A stretch of DNA of 43,602 nt from a virus (Duplodnaviria; Heunggongvirae; Uroviricota; Caudoviricetes): positions 1-43,602 of IMG/VR virus record IMGVR_UViG_2541047812_000007; one strand, 5' to 3'. Shown piece by piece: positions 27,288-35,814 of the stretch. A program made the translations under genes and the position numbers. Numbering within the stretch: the first letter of the stretch is position 1; every line of letters starts with the position of its first letter. Below the pieces are notes generated by a model that saw only the letters and a list, made by a program, of their open reading frames with translations, was not told the DNA's origin and made no database searches.

Positions 27288-28763
27288 TTAAGCATAGGGA
27301 TCGTAATCTGTGATGGCCTTGCCTTGCTGGTTCTGCTGCCCGGGAATTCGCAGACGCTTAGACACAGGGAACGCAAACGTCAGCAGTAGCGCATCGCCTT
27401 TACCCGGTGAACGCCCAAGCCGCTCCTTGATATCTTCCTTCGGTTCGATAACGATTTTACCGTCCACTCGAACTTTGTACTCTGCCGCCGACAGGTCGTC
27501 TGCTGTTTCCTGGTCATCCAGCATGCCGCCCAGCCTCAGCCATGTCTTGCATGAATTGAACATCTCCCCACGCTTGTTGAGCATCTGCGGGTCAGTAGAC
27601 GCGCCACCGAACGGAACAAGTTGCCATGTACGACCCCAGCCGTCACCGATTGACTTCAAACCGGTTCCGTAACCGAAGTCGATGAACACCGCGTCAGCCT
27701 GATACTGGTCTTCAAAGTCAGCGATACGCTTCGCCATAATCAGATCGTCGGTAGTCTTGTTGCCAGTCCACAGCACCTTACTGTGTAGCCCCTGCCGCAG
27801 GTATATCACAGCGTCATCAACGCCGGAGTATGCCGGGTCAACGCCGATTATCACCGGAGCATGTGCAACCTGCGCAGCGGTTACCACCCGTTTCATTGCC
27901 TCGTCAGTAAGACCGGTAGGGATAAACTGCAATTCAGATGCATCAGGGAATATGCCACGCACACGGATTTTAACGAAGTCGCTGTCTTCCCCGTAGTCAT
28001 CAACCCATTTCTGCAACTGCTGTTTGTTAGTGCCTTCCACCGTCCGGCTGTCAATCTGCGCAGTTTTCCAGCGGTGTTTATATTTGCGGAAACATTCGCG
28101 AAAACGCCCGGTGTTACGTGTAGGGTTTCCGAACGCCACCCAAATAATCTCAGTGTCTTCGTCCGTAAGCGCACCCTCGGCAACTTCCCACACCAGATCC
28201 GCAATGTTCGACGCTTCATCAAACACCACGATGATGCGTTTGCGCTCGTTGTGTAGTCCGGCGAATGCCTCGGTGTTGTGCTCAGACCAGGGTATTGCGT
28301 CAGCCCGCCACCGCTTGTCGTGCCCTAGGTCATTGCTGTACATCGCGGTAGCGGTACAGGTAAACCAGTCTTTCGTGATAGCAAGGTTCGACCACTTGAT
28401 AATTTCCGGCCAGGTCTTCGTTCGTAGCTGGTTGTCGGTGTTGGCGGTCACCACGACCTTACAATCCTCGCAAGTGGACATGCCCCAGTTGATCAGCATT
28501 GAGATGAATGCGGATTTACCAATACCGTGACCAGAAGCGCGTGCCAGCATAAGCGGCTGATAGCGCGTCTCTGGATTCTGCAGGTGATCACGTATCTCTC
28601 GGAACGCATCAGCCTGCCACTGACGTGGGCCGGTGGCATGTGCCAGTTCAGTCCCCTCTTCCCCCCATGGGAACGCATAGAGGGCATAGCCAAGCGGATC
28701 GTGAGTGAACCCTGCAATATCCTCGATTAACTGCTCTTCAGGAGATAACGCTGTATCTGTCAC
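27288..28763 (-). CDS. terL: Terminase large subunit
   Basis: 491 aa with Walker A-like ASGHGIGKSAF; GTG start overlapping the terS stop (GTGA). Confidence 0.9.
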   Translation of the reverse strand: MTDTALSPEEQLIEDIAGFTHDPLGYALYAFPWGEEGTELAHATGPRQWQADAFREIRDHLQNPETRYQPLMLARASGHGIGKSAFISMLINWGMSTCEDCKVVVTANTDNQLRTKTWPEIIKWSNLAITKDWFTCTATAMYSNDLGHDKRWRADAIPWSEHNTEAFAGLHNERKRIIVVFDEASNIADLVWEVAEGALTDEDTEIIWVAFGNPTRNTGRFRECFRKYKHRWKTAQIDSRTVEGTNKQQLQKWVDDYGEDSDFVKIRVRGIFPDASELQFIPTGLTDEAMKRVVTAAQVAHAPVIIGVDPAYSGVDDAVIYLRQGLHSKVLWTGNKTTDDLIMAKRIADFEDQYQADAVFIDFGYGTGLKSIGDGWGRTWQLVPFGGASTDPQMLNKRGEMFNSCKTWLRLGGMLDDQETADDLSAAEYKVRVDGKIVIEPKEDIKERLGRSPGKGDALLLTFAFPVSKRLRIPGQQNQQGKAITDYDPYA

Positions 28764-29356
28764 TGATTGCCATCCTGACGTTCTTTCAGTCTCTTCCTGG
28801 CTGCCGCTATGCGATCAGCAATTGTCACATTCACATTAACATCCAGGCGTTCTTTGAATGCGTTGACGTCGACGTGCTTACCAATCAGTTCGAGGTTCTT
28901 CACCTTGTCAGGCCATTTAATTTTTTTGAGGATTGTCTCTATCGAATCCTCGTTCATGTTCATGATGGTCGATGACAGATCAAAGCCACTAAGCGTAGTG
29001 CGCCAGATTTTCGGCCACTCGCGGATTGGCTTAAGGCTCCCATCGTCGTTGAGGATGTCGATCACGTCCATCTGGTCGATCTCCACCAGGCGCATGAGAA
29101 CGTAATCAGCACTGACGCGCATTCGTTTGTTGCGCTCTTCCATCAGCTCGGCAATCCGTTTTTGAATGCGTTCATCGCGCATCATGAGACTGGCTTTAAC
29201 TGCCGCTGTATTTGGGGAGAATCCTGCGTTAATCGCAGCCTGAGTCTGGTTTTCAGGCGTTTGGATGTATGACTGGCAATAAGCCTCCTGCATTGCTGTT
29301 AGTGGCTTAAATTGCGTTGATTTGCGTTTATAGGTTTTAGGTTCAGCAGGCATCAT
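28760..29356 (-). CDS. terS: Terminase small subunit
   Basis: N-terminal pattern LTAMQEAYCQSYIQTPENQTQAAINAGFS typical of small terminase HTH; start set at ATG 29356 rather than the TTG ORF-track start at 29434. Confidence 0.7.
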   Translation of the reverse strand: MMPAEPKTYKRKSTQFKPLTAMQEAYCQSYIQTPENQTQAAINAGFSPNTAAVKASLMMRDERIQKRIAELMEERNKRMRVSADYVLMRLVEIDQMDVIDILNDDGSLKPIREWPKIWRTTLSGFDLSSTIMNMNEDSIETILKKIKWPDKVKNLELIGKHVDVNAFKERLDVNVNVTIADRIAAARKRLKERQDGNQ

Positions 29357-29363
29357 AACCACC

Positions 29364-29395
29364 GTGGTAATAGTTACCGTTGTGGTAATAGTACC
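29364..29395. repeat. Tandem direct repeat GTGGTAATAGT(T)ACC x2 just upstream of terS
   Basis: Two copies (29364-29378, 29382-29395); core CCACCGTGG at 29359-29367. Confidence 0.5.
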
Positions 29396-29430
29396 ATGCA
29401 AAATAAAGCCGCCATAGTTGGCGGCAGTAT

Positions 29431-29643
29431 TCAAAGTCCATCAAATTCATCGTAAAAACTCTCGTCAAGATACCCTTCCCATTTACCGCGAATGAAAATT
29501 ACATCCTCGCCGCAAGGGTGCTGACTGTCGATAACTATATCCCTCCTGGCGCAACCATACTTATGCATGAGAAATTTAACCTCTTTCGGAAAATTTGCTG
29601 AGTTATCTCTCATATCTTCAAGGTCGTAGCGTATTTTTGGCAT
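29431..29643 (-). CDS. Hypothetical small protein
   Basis: ORF with ambiguous start (GTG 29664 or ATG 29643). Confidence 0.4.
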   Translation of the reverse strand: MPKIRYDLEDMRDNSANFPKEVKFLMHKYGCARRDIVIDSQHPCGEDVIFIRGKWEGYLDESFYDEFDGL

Positions 29644-29660
29644 AACACCTTCGTGACATG

Positions 29661-30002
29661 TCACACTATTAATTTCGTTTCATGCCAGCCTTTAGTCACC
29701 CAGCATTGCGAGTCACCATTACACGGGCATGAATTAACGGGAACTCTCTCGCCGCACTTACCGCAAAGTTTTCTGCTGATCGATTTTATACGCCCGCGCA
29801 CACGTGCATCATCCTGGCGGATCAGCAGCGCGATGTACTCGGCCATTTCATAGGGATCGTGACCAGGGCGCCGGGCGGCGCAGTTCCGCGCCAGCATTTC
29901 CTGCTCCTGCTTATCCAGCACCAGTTCAATTTTGCGCTCACCGGCGGCGGACTGCCGAGCGCGCTGCGCGGCTTTGCGCTCTGCTGCTGATTTAGCCATC
30001 AA
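29661..30002 (-). CDS. Hypothetical Cys-rich protein (113 aa)
   Basis: Basic N-terminus; C-terminal CGKCG...CPC cluster suggests zinc binding. Confidence 0.5.
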   Translation of the reverse strand: MMAKSAAERKAAQRARQSAAGERKIELVLDKQEQEMLARNCAARRPGHDPYEMAEYIALLIRQDDARVRGRIKSISRKLCGKCGERVPVNSCPCNGDSQCWVTKGWHETKLIV

Positions 30003-30273
30003 TATTCACCTTTATCGCGAACACCTTTACCGGTTTATCACCGAAGTGCGGATGTGTGATTGTCTTGATTTCATATCCACCATACGGAACATCAATTCTG
30101 CGACTGGAATCGTCGCGCTTCGGATATCCCTTTGTGATAATCAGGCGGTCATATTCCCGGAACATAATTCGCTTATTCCAGTAGTCATTGCACAGGCGAT
30201 ACTCTTCCGTTTTCTCCCCGCGAATCATGGCATCGAAGTATTCACCTTTGACGGCAAGTTGTAGGTTAGCCAC
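29992..30273 (-). CDS. Hypothetical nin-region protein (93 aa)
   Basis: ORF with short overlaps to neighbours. Confidence 0.5.
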   Translation of the reverse strand: MANLQLAVKGEYFDAMIRGEKTEEYRLCNDYWNKRIMFREYDRLIITKGYPKRDDSSRRIDVPYGGYEIKTITHPHFGDKPVKVFAIKVNIDG

Positions 30274-31159
30274 GGTTAACCTCCTGCGGCGGTTCCGGTA
30301 GAGGCATCCAGTACAAGGCGTTCCCTAACCACGATAAAGTGCCGTCGCTCAACTCCACGTATTCCCCTTGTACCTGTCCTGCCATATACTCGCCGTGCTT
30401 TGAATAAATTAAAATCCAATCATCTTGAGCGGGCATTCGCTCACTACAGCTTATCCAACCATCCGGAGTTACCGGATAGTTGCCAGCCAGTCTACGCAAA
30501 ACAGTCTTAACCGCCTCAATACGGTCATCATCGCAACTTTCCAGCGTATCTATGCGATCGAGCATGATGATGGCGTTATCAATATCAGGATTGCCGGTCC
30601 ACTCATTACCGCGATTGGATTCGGCAGCCTGGTTGCCGCGTACTGGTTGATTCTCGGCTTTACCCTGTCTGTCGTCGCTGCATGAATGCCCTTCCAGCCA
30701 GACCAGTGCTTGTCGCATGAAATACGCAATATGCTTGCCGTGGTAATCGTCTTCATCGATGTGAAAAGCGATACTGCGGATATATTCAATTGCGTTTTCA
30801 ATGGCCTCCGGCGTTACCGGAGTTGGTCCATCGAATTCGGGCATGTCAGGACCTTTTCTGATAGCTTTAGCCAGCTCCAGCGGGTCATCGTAAAGCCAGT
30901 CGCCAGTTTGTGGGTGATTTGCTTCTGCAAGCTGCGCAGCCCATTCAAGACCATCTTTTTGACCTTGGAGATAATCAAGCGGCAACTCTTCATGATTACT
31001 TGCAGGTTCGGCACTATCAGCTTCGCGCCGCTTCTGTAGCTCTGCTGCCATTGCTCTCACGACTTCAACTGGTGCCCTTGCAGCAAACTCTATGTTGGTG
31101 ATCAGCTCATTAAGATATTGCTCGCCTGGATACTGTTTCTTATCGGTTATAGTGGTCAT
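30266..31159 (-). CDS. DUF551-like domain protein
   Basis: C-terminal motifs GWISCSERMP and YWMPLPEPP typical of DUF551; start at internal ATG with SD AAGGAG. Confidence 0.6.
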   Translation of the reverse strand: MTTITDKKQYPGEQYLNELITNIEFAARAPVEVVRAMAAELQKRREADSAEPASNHEELPLDYLQGQKDGLEWAAQLAEANHPQTGDWLYDDPLELAKAIRKGPDMPEFDGPTPVTPEAIENAIEYIRSIAFHIDEDDYHGKHIAYFMRQALVWLEGHSCSDDRQGKAENQPVRGNQAAESNRGNEWTGNPDIDNAIIMLDRIDTLESCDDDRIEAVKTVLRRLAGNYPVTPDGWISCSERMPAQDDWILIYSKHGEYMAGQVQGEYVELSDGTLSWLGNALYWMPLPEPPQEVNRG

Positions 31160-31160
31160 A

Positions 31161-31349
31161 TCACTCTCCTTTAGTGCGAAAGTGGTTTTTCCAGCGGTTT
31201 TGCGCCGCGCTGGGCTTTTTGCAAAAACCACAATCCATCATCCCGTAATGTTTCATTAACCCCATCCGTCGGTTGCTGAGTCTCACCCACTGCCAGACGC
31301 CAGGAGCGTTTCTACGAACTAACAGAATCTTTGCTTTACGGTTTTTCAT
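31161..31349 (-). CDS. Small basic protein (62 aa), third of three coupled small ORFs
   Basis: Begins MKNRKAK; ATGA overlap with the upstream small ORF. Confidence 0.4.
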   Translation of the reverse strand: MKNRKAKILLVRRNAPGVWQWVRLSNRRMGLMKHYGMMDCGFCKKPSAAQNRWKNHFRTKGE

Positions 31350-31522
31350 CTTACAGCGTACCCTTTCTTCCGCCTGTTCTGTGACGCAGTAGGCTTACGC
31401 TTTGCGGCAAAAGCCACCTGACCAAATGGATGGAGTACCGCTATCTTATGGTTGCTAATAACCAGCTCCACCACACGCACAGGTCGCTGTAAAAAAAGTC
31501 GTTTTGCCTTACGGTTTTTCAT
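31346..31522 (-). CDS. Small basic protein (58 aa), second of three
   Basis: Begins MKNRKAK; SD AGGAG; ATGA overlap; below the ORF-track size cutoff. Confidence 0.4.
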   Translation of the reverse strand: MKNRKAKRLFLQRPVRVVELVISNHKIAVLHPFGQVAFAAKRKPTASQNRRKKGYAVR

Positions 31523-31695
31523 CGCTTTGCTCTCCTGCGTCTCTTTGCTGCTCGTCGTGCCGCTGCAATACCGGTATGGCGGCGCTTTGGTGACGGGATG
31601 ATGTTGTCAGCCATCAGTACATGTGGCTTTGCAATTAGCGCAGAAGCCCAAAAACGAGTCGGGTACGGTAACAAGCCGATACATGCCACACGCAT
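31519..31695 (-). CDS. Small basic protein (58 aa), first of three
   Basis: Strong SD AGGAGG 7 nt before ATG; TAATG overlap with the upstream gene; C-terminus AKRRRRAKR. Confidence 0.4.
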   Translation of the reverse strand: MRVACIGLLPYPTRFWASALIAKPHVLMADNIIPSPKRRHTGIAAARRAAKRRRRAKR

Positions 31696-32288
31696 TACTC
31701 ACCTCCTTTGATGCGAATGCCAGCGGTGCGTGGCACATTAACTTCCACGATGCGCACAGTTGGTTTGTACATCTCAATCGCTGTCAGCCAGTCAGCGCCA
31801 GTCATGCGCTTTTCTGCATCGCCATTAGTCCAATTAACCGGTACACCAATAGCCTTCATCGCGATTTCTATTTCCCCGGCAATGGCGCTTTTTCCGCAAC
31901 CAGTAAAACCAGATACAACGACCAGAACTTCACCTTTGGCTGGTTTTATTTCCCGCGCTTCCAGTTCTGCTATGCGCTTACTTCCATCCGAGATAACACC
32001 TTCGTAATACTCACGCTGCTCGTTGAGTTTTGATTTTGTCTCCTCAAGCTCAACTCTCAGCTTCCCTACCGTTAGCGCAATATCCTCGTTCTCCTGGTCG
32101 CGGCGTTTGATGTATTGCTGGTTTCTTTCCAGTTCATCCAGCAGTGCCAGCGCGATATCTGGCGAAAAGTGCTTCATAAAATCGTTAAGCGCATTAATTC
32201 GCTGATCGAAGGGCATTACAGGTGCTTCACCAGCAATTTTTGTTTTTTCAGCGATTTCACGAAGCTTTTGATAATCAATCTTGCTCAC
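31695..32288 (-). CDS. Hypothetical coiled-coil protein (197 aa)
   Basis: Coiled-coil middle section; possibly Ead/Ea22-like, not verifiable here. Confidence 0.55.
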   Translation of the reverse strand: MSKIDYQKLREIAEKTKIAGEAPVMPFDQRINALNDFMKHFSPDIALALLDELERNQQYIKRRDQENEDIALTVGKLRVELEETKSKLNEQREYYEGVISDGSKRIAELEAREIKPAKGEVLVVVSGFTGCGKSAIAGEIEIAMKAIGVPVNWTNGDAEKRMTGADWLTAIEMYKPTVRIVEVNVPRTAGIRIKGGE

Positions 32289-32986
32289 TGGTTGCCTCCT
32301 TTGCGAAGCTGGGCAGCAAAGTCAACTAACCACTCAGTCATTTCAACCTTCCCTACCAGGTCTGAACCAGGGTGCATACAGCAATCACTCTGCGCCGCTT
32401 TGAAATCCTTATACTCATATTCTTGGGCCACCAGATTTTTTGCAGCTTCTATAGCAGCATCCACGCCCTGCGCCCGCACTTCAGCCAGGCATTTGCGAAA
32501 CTCGGAAACGTACTGTTCGACGCTCATTCCCCAGCTAAGTGGACATTCATTGAATGTTTCGCCTTCGTGCTCTTCATCAGGTAGCTCTTTGGTAAAGAAC
32601 TCACGTTCAATGGCGTGGAGTGTGTCAGCAAAACGACGTAAGTTACTCAAACCTGTCGTAATGGAGAATTCAGGAGCATCACATCCGACGCCCATCTGCT
32701 GATAAACGGCGGTTTTGAAGGCCTTCAGCCCCGCATTCTCCGCCGCCAACGCCGAAAACTTCTCGTGTGCCAACTTAACAGCCGCATCAGCCTGCTTAAT
32801 TGACTCAATCGCTTTCTGCTGGTCTTCGGCCAGCGCATTAGCACGCACCAGTTGCACTTCCAGTTGCGTTGCCAAATCGCTGATCAGCTTTGCCACACTG
32901 CGCATATCAACGGCACCACATTCTGCTTTCAGTTCCGAAGCCATCTCATGCCCGGCGGAAACTAACCCTTTGATATTACTTTCCAT
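32285..32986 (-). CDS. Hypothetical coiled-coil protein (233 aa)
   Basis: ORF with 4-nt overlap to the downstream gene. Confidence 0.55.
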   Translation of the reverse strand: MESNIKGLVSAGHEMASELKAECGAVDMRSVAKLISDLATQLEVQLVRANALAEDQQKAIESIKQADAAVKLAHEKFSALAAENAGLKAFKTAVYQQMGVGCDAPEFSITTGLSNLRRFADTLHAIEREFFTKELPDEEHEGETFNECPLSWGMSVEQYVSEFRKCLAEVRAQGVDAAIEAAKNLVAQEYEYKDFKAAQSDCCMHPGSDLVGKVEMTEWLVDFAAQLRKGGNQ

Positions 32987-33047
32987 CTTTACCCTCGCTT
33001 ATCCACATAACTTATTGATTACATTGATAACTAAAAAGATCGTCGAT

Positions 33048-33392
33048 TCAGAACTCTTCGATGTTCCAGCCGCCACCTGCTTTCTTTGGTTTAACCGTTA
33101 CCCCGATTATTCGGAACGGATACTGATCTGCGGCGACTTTTGTTTTCACTCTGGCGTCGTCGGTCCAGAAACCTTTCACTTCGTGCAGTTCCATCTCGCC
33201 GGTAGCGAGCATCACAGCAAAATCGGGCGTATAGAACGTGTTGTCAGCTAACCGCAGCTTGATACCCTCGAATCGATACCAAGCGATTTCCCCTGCACGT
33301 TTACGCTGCTCAAGGTGCTGGCAATACGCAGATTCTGTTTTGTTCATCTGGCCTGTTTTGAGTCGACCAAGAGCCTGTATCTGTTTTCTCAT
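33048..33392 (-). CDS. Putative PD-(D/E)XK-type nuclease (114 aa)
   Basis: Motif YTPDF...ELHEVKG consistent with a PD-(D/E)xK site. Confidence 0.5.
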   Translation of the reverse strand: MRKQIQALGRLKTGQMNKTESAYCQHLEQRKRAGEIAWYRFEGIKLRLADNTFYTPDFAVMLATGEMELHEVKGFWTDDARVKTKVAADQYPFRIIGVTVKPKKAGGGWNIEEF

Positions 33393-33395
33393 GAT

Positions 33396-33472
33396 TTACC
33401 TCTGAGGTAATTAAAAACCACATAAGACACGAAATCAATAGATTTTAGAATATTTTATTACCCATCAGGTAA
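33396..33472. promoter_or_regulatory. Two palindromic operator-like sites
   Basis: TTACCTCTGAGGTAA (33396-33410) and TTACCCATCAGGTAA (33458-33472) in the 117-bp gap between the P-like gene and the nuclease gene. Confidence 0.4.
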
Positions 33473-33509
33473 TCATTGAGACGTAAAAAAATGCGCTATC
33501 GCGCTGGTA

Positions 33510-34286
33510 TTACTTGATAAATCCTGCCGCCTTTCCCCGCCTGTATTCCTCCATCAGCCACTGCGCCGGTGTTATTCCCCCTAGGGTGGCGGCGTTAGGC
33601 ATGCACCCGAAACTTCGCCCTGGTGGATGGTAAACGTCTCTCCCTGTGTCCGGAGGTGTACTCATGGGCTCTGGCTTTGCCTGTATGCTGATCACCGGAT
33701 CGGGTATCTGCTGTCCGGAAGCCACCTTTTTCGCCCAATCATCGAGCAGCCTGCGCGCGTGTTTCTCAACCTCACTCTCGCTAAGCTGGCGCTGATACAT
33801 TGCACGACGGGTATCACATACGACCCAGTACATAACCGGATGCCGCCACGGGAATCTTTCGGGACCACCAGGATATAAACTTTTTTCCTTGCTGTACCGG
33901 TGAAACTCCGCCATCACATCGTCAATGGTGACGCCAAGAACCATCTTGCTGTCTTTGCACCACTTGATGAATTGCCCTGGCGACGGCCAGAACGGAGATT
34001 CACTGGCGCGGGCGTGGCGCATACCAGCGTTAACCTGTTCCATTGTAGTGATCCCATTCTCCAGAAACGCAAGCATCCATTGCTTACGGAATTCATTAAG
34101 TTTGTTCTGCTCACTTATGGTCGAAACGCTTGCAGGAAATGCAGCCTGTAACTGGACAAATAGTTCATTGAAAATTCTAGCAACCTGCTCCTTTTTGCCA
34201 TTGCTGTCACGCCGCTCTTCATGCACAGCAACACCATGCTCACGTAAGCGATCGTACTCATTGAGAAGTTCTGGAGTTGATTTCAT
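33510..34286 (-). CDS. Replication protein P-like (helicase loader)
   Basis: Blocks RKQWMLAFLENGITTMEQVNAGMRHAR and FPAS match lambda P as recalled. Confidence 0.8.
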   Translation of the reverse strand: MKSTPELLNEYDRLREHGVAVHEERRDSNGKKEQVARIFNELFVQLQAAFPASVSTISEQNKLNEFRKQWMLAFLENGITTMEQVNAGMRHARASESPFWPSPGQFIKWCKDSKMVLGVTIDDVMAEFHRYSKEKSLYPGGPERFPWRHPVMYWVVCDTRRAMYQRQLSESEVEKHARRLLDDWAKKVASGQQIPDPVISIQAKPEPMSTPPDTGRDVYHPPGRSFGCMPNAATLGGITPAQWLMEEYRRGKAAGFIK

Positions 34287-35088
34287 CCCACACCCCTTCT
34301 ATCCAGTCAGTGTTATTCCAGTCAAGCCCATCGCTTTTCCCGGCATTTTTTGATTTTCCCCTGATATGATTTACGTGCCTGGCGAATTTTTGTTCCCACT
34401 GAACCTGCGTGAACACTTTGCCCTCAGCCATCCAGTAATCCCGGAATGCAGCAAGTTCAGCAGGTGTAAATTCCGGTTCCGGCAGGGCCGTTCCCCACAG
34501 CGCAGCACGCCGCCGAAAATCTGGCGACGGTAGCCAGCCATCTGTCATCGGAAATTTCCCGATGGGTTCACTCAGGCCATCCAGAAATTCAGGTTCTGCC
34601 ACCTGCAACGGCGTACTGTTCGCTTCACTGGTCGGAGCACCCTCGCGCACGTGCGCTATGTGTGGGGTTTTATATATATCTTCCTCTTCCTCTTCCTCTG
34701 GTAACTCCTTTTGTAACGCTGTTGGCGTTACTTTTTGCGTTACTCGTTTTCGATGCTCTGCCACTCTTCTATTCGTAAGTGCACGTTTTTTCGATGATTC
34801 TCCATTGTGTCGCTCAAAGTTTGGAAGAATTAGTTTGCCGTCATGATAAGCAAGCCATCCGACGCTAATGAGGGCGTCAGCAAATCCTGTAATAAAAGCG
34901 AGTCTATCAAGTACTCCTTTTGTAACGCTGCCAGCGTTACCGTCTATTGTTTGCTGGTCAGCCCATGCCCATATACGAACCAGCTTTCCAAGAACAGCAT
35001 CTGGATCAATACCCAGAATTTCTGCTATCTGAAAAATTTCAGGTTTATCAGGAGTGATAACTTCAACCTTAATCCAGCTGCTTGCCAT
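34258..35088 (-). CDS. Replication initiator O-like
   Basis: Immediately upstream of the P-like gene; acidic linker; start set at internal ATG 35088 after SD. Confidence 0.65.
   Translation of the reverse strand: MASSWIKVEVITPDKPEIFQIAEILGIDPDAVLGKLVRIWAWADQQTIDGNAGSVTKGVLDRLAFITGFADALISVGWLAYHDGKLILPNFERHNGESSKKRALTNRRVAEHRKRVTQKVTPTALQKELPEEEEEEDIYKTPHIAHVREGAPTSEANSTPLQVAEPEFLDGLSEPIGKFPMTDGWLPSPDFRRRAALWGTALPEPEFTPAELAAFRDYWMAEGKVFTQVQWEQKFARHVNHIRGKSKNAGKSDGLDWNNTDWIEGVWDEINSRTSQ
34705..34940. repeat. Candidate replication origin: two iteron-like inverted repeats with an AT-rich stretch, inside the O-like gene
   Basis: CTCCTTTTGTAACGCTGTTGGCGTTAC (34705-34731) and ACTCCTTTTGTAACGCTGCCAGCGTTAC (34912-34940), plus a TATATATA run near 34665. 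Confidence 0.35.
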
Positions 35089-35281
35089 AGGTTTCCCCTC
35101 TTGCACTCTTTAGTGCACAAGCAAATTCATTACGATGGCGGTTGGCGCTATTCATTGCACATTCAACACATGTTCCGTTCAGAACATACCTTTCAGAGAG
35201 ATGGCCGTGACGGCACCGCTTTCCTGTGAAATAGCGATTTAACCCGGCTTTTGCGGCCTCCATTCTGGTTACTATCTTCAA
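35069..35281 (-). CDS. Small zinc-ribbon-like protein (70 aa)
   Basis: Cys/His cluster CRHGH...CVEC; lies between the cro-like gene and the O-like gene. Confidence 0.45.
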   Translation of the reverse strand: MKIVTRMEAAKAGLNRYFTGKRCRHGHLSERYVLNGTCVECAMNSANRHRNEFACALKSARGETYGKQLD

Positions 35282-35358
35282 TTTTTCCGCCCCTTTTTGT
35301 TATTGATATTGGCTATTTTGCACAATTGGAAAATTTGATCAACCAGATTTGGTTTTTT

Positions 35359-35373
35359 ATTACCTTTGAGGTA
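35359..35373. promoter_or_regulatory. Operator-like site TTACCTTTGAGGTAC
   Basis: 14/15 match to TTACC-N5-GGTAA. Confidence 0.35.
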
Positions 35374-35429
35374 CGAATAGATATGAAAAGACCGCCGGGT
35401 GGCGGTCTACAGAGGGTTGTAGCTGGATA

Positions 35430-35660
35430 TCATGAGTAGAAGAAGTATGCCAGTTCTGCTTTTGAGCGCAGCCATTGTCTTGTTTTACAGGCTTTAAAAA
35501 GCCCATTCATCAATACCTTACCTGGCATTTTGCGCTTGCCTGTTAAGTGAGTCTGGATATAGTGACTCGTCGTTCCGGCTTCCTGTGCGAAGGCTTCACG
35601 CTCATCCGGAGTAAGTGCAAGCCAGTGCTTTTTGAAATCGAAATGTCCGTTATCGCTCAT
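35430..35660 (-). CDS. Cro-like small HTH regulator
   Basis: 76 aa, divergent from the repressor gene across the operator cluster. Confidence 0.55.
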   Translation of the reverse strand: MSDNGHFDFKKHWLALTPDEREAFAQEAGTTSHYIQTHLTGKRKMPGKVLMNGLFKACKTRQWLRSKAELAYFFYS

Positions 35661-35695
35661 AGCTATTGCCTGATATTTATTTCAGATAATAAATA

Positions 35696-35759
35696 TTCAC
35701 CCATAAGGTAACAAAAATCAAGGATGGTTACCTATGAGGTGCATTTACCTGTTGGGTAA
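35696..35759. promoter_or_regulatory. Tripartite operator cluster in the divergent cro/repressor intergenic region
   Basis: TCACCCATAAGGTAA (35696-35710), TTACCTATGAGGTGC (35728-35742), TTACCTGTTGGGTAA (35745-35759). Confidence 0.5.
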
Positions 35760-35814
35760 TATTGCTTTAAATTGAATCATCTACTGATTCATATATGAGG
35801 CGATTTTCCAGAAA

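Noticed and set aside
28760-29434. 224-aa terS beginning at a TTG codon
   Set aside because: No SD; the N-terminal extension (GTITTTVTITTVV) is a translation of the tandem DNA repeats, and it overlaps the upstream gene. ATG at 29356 preferred.
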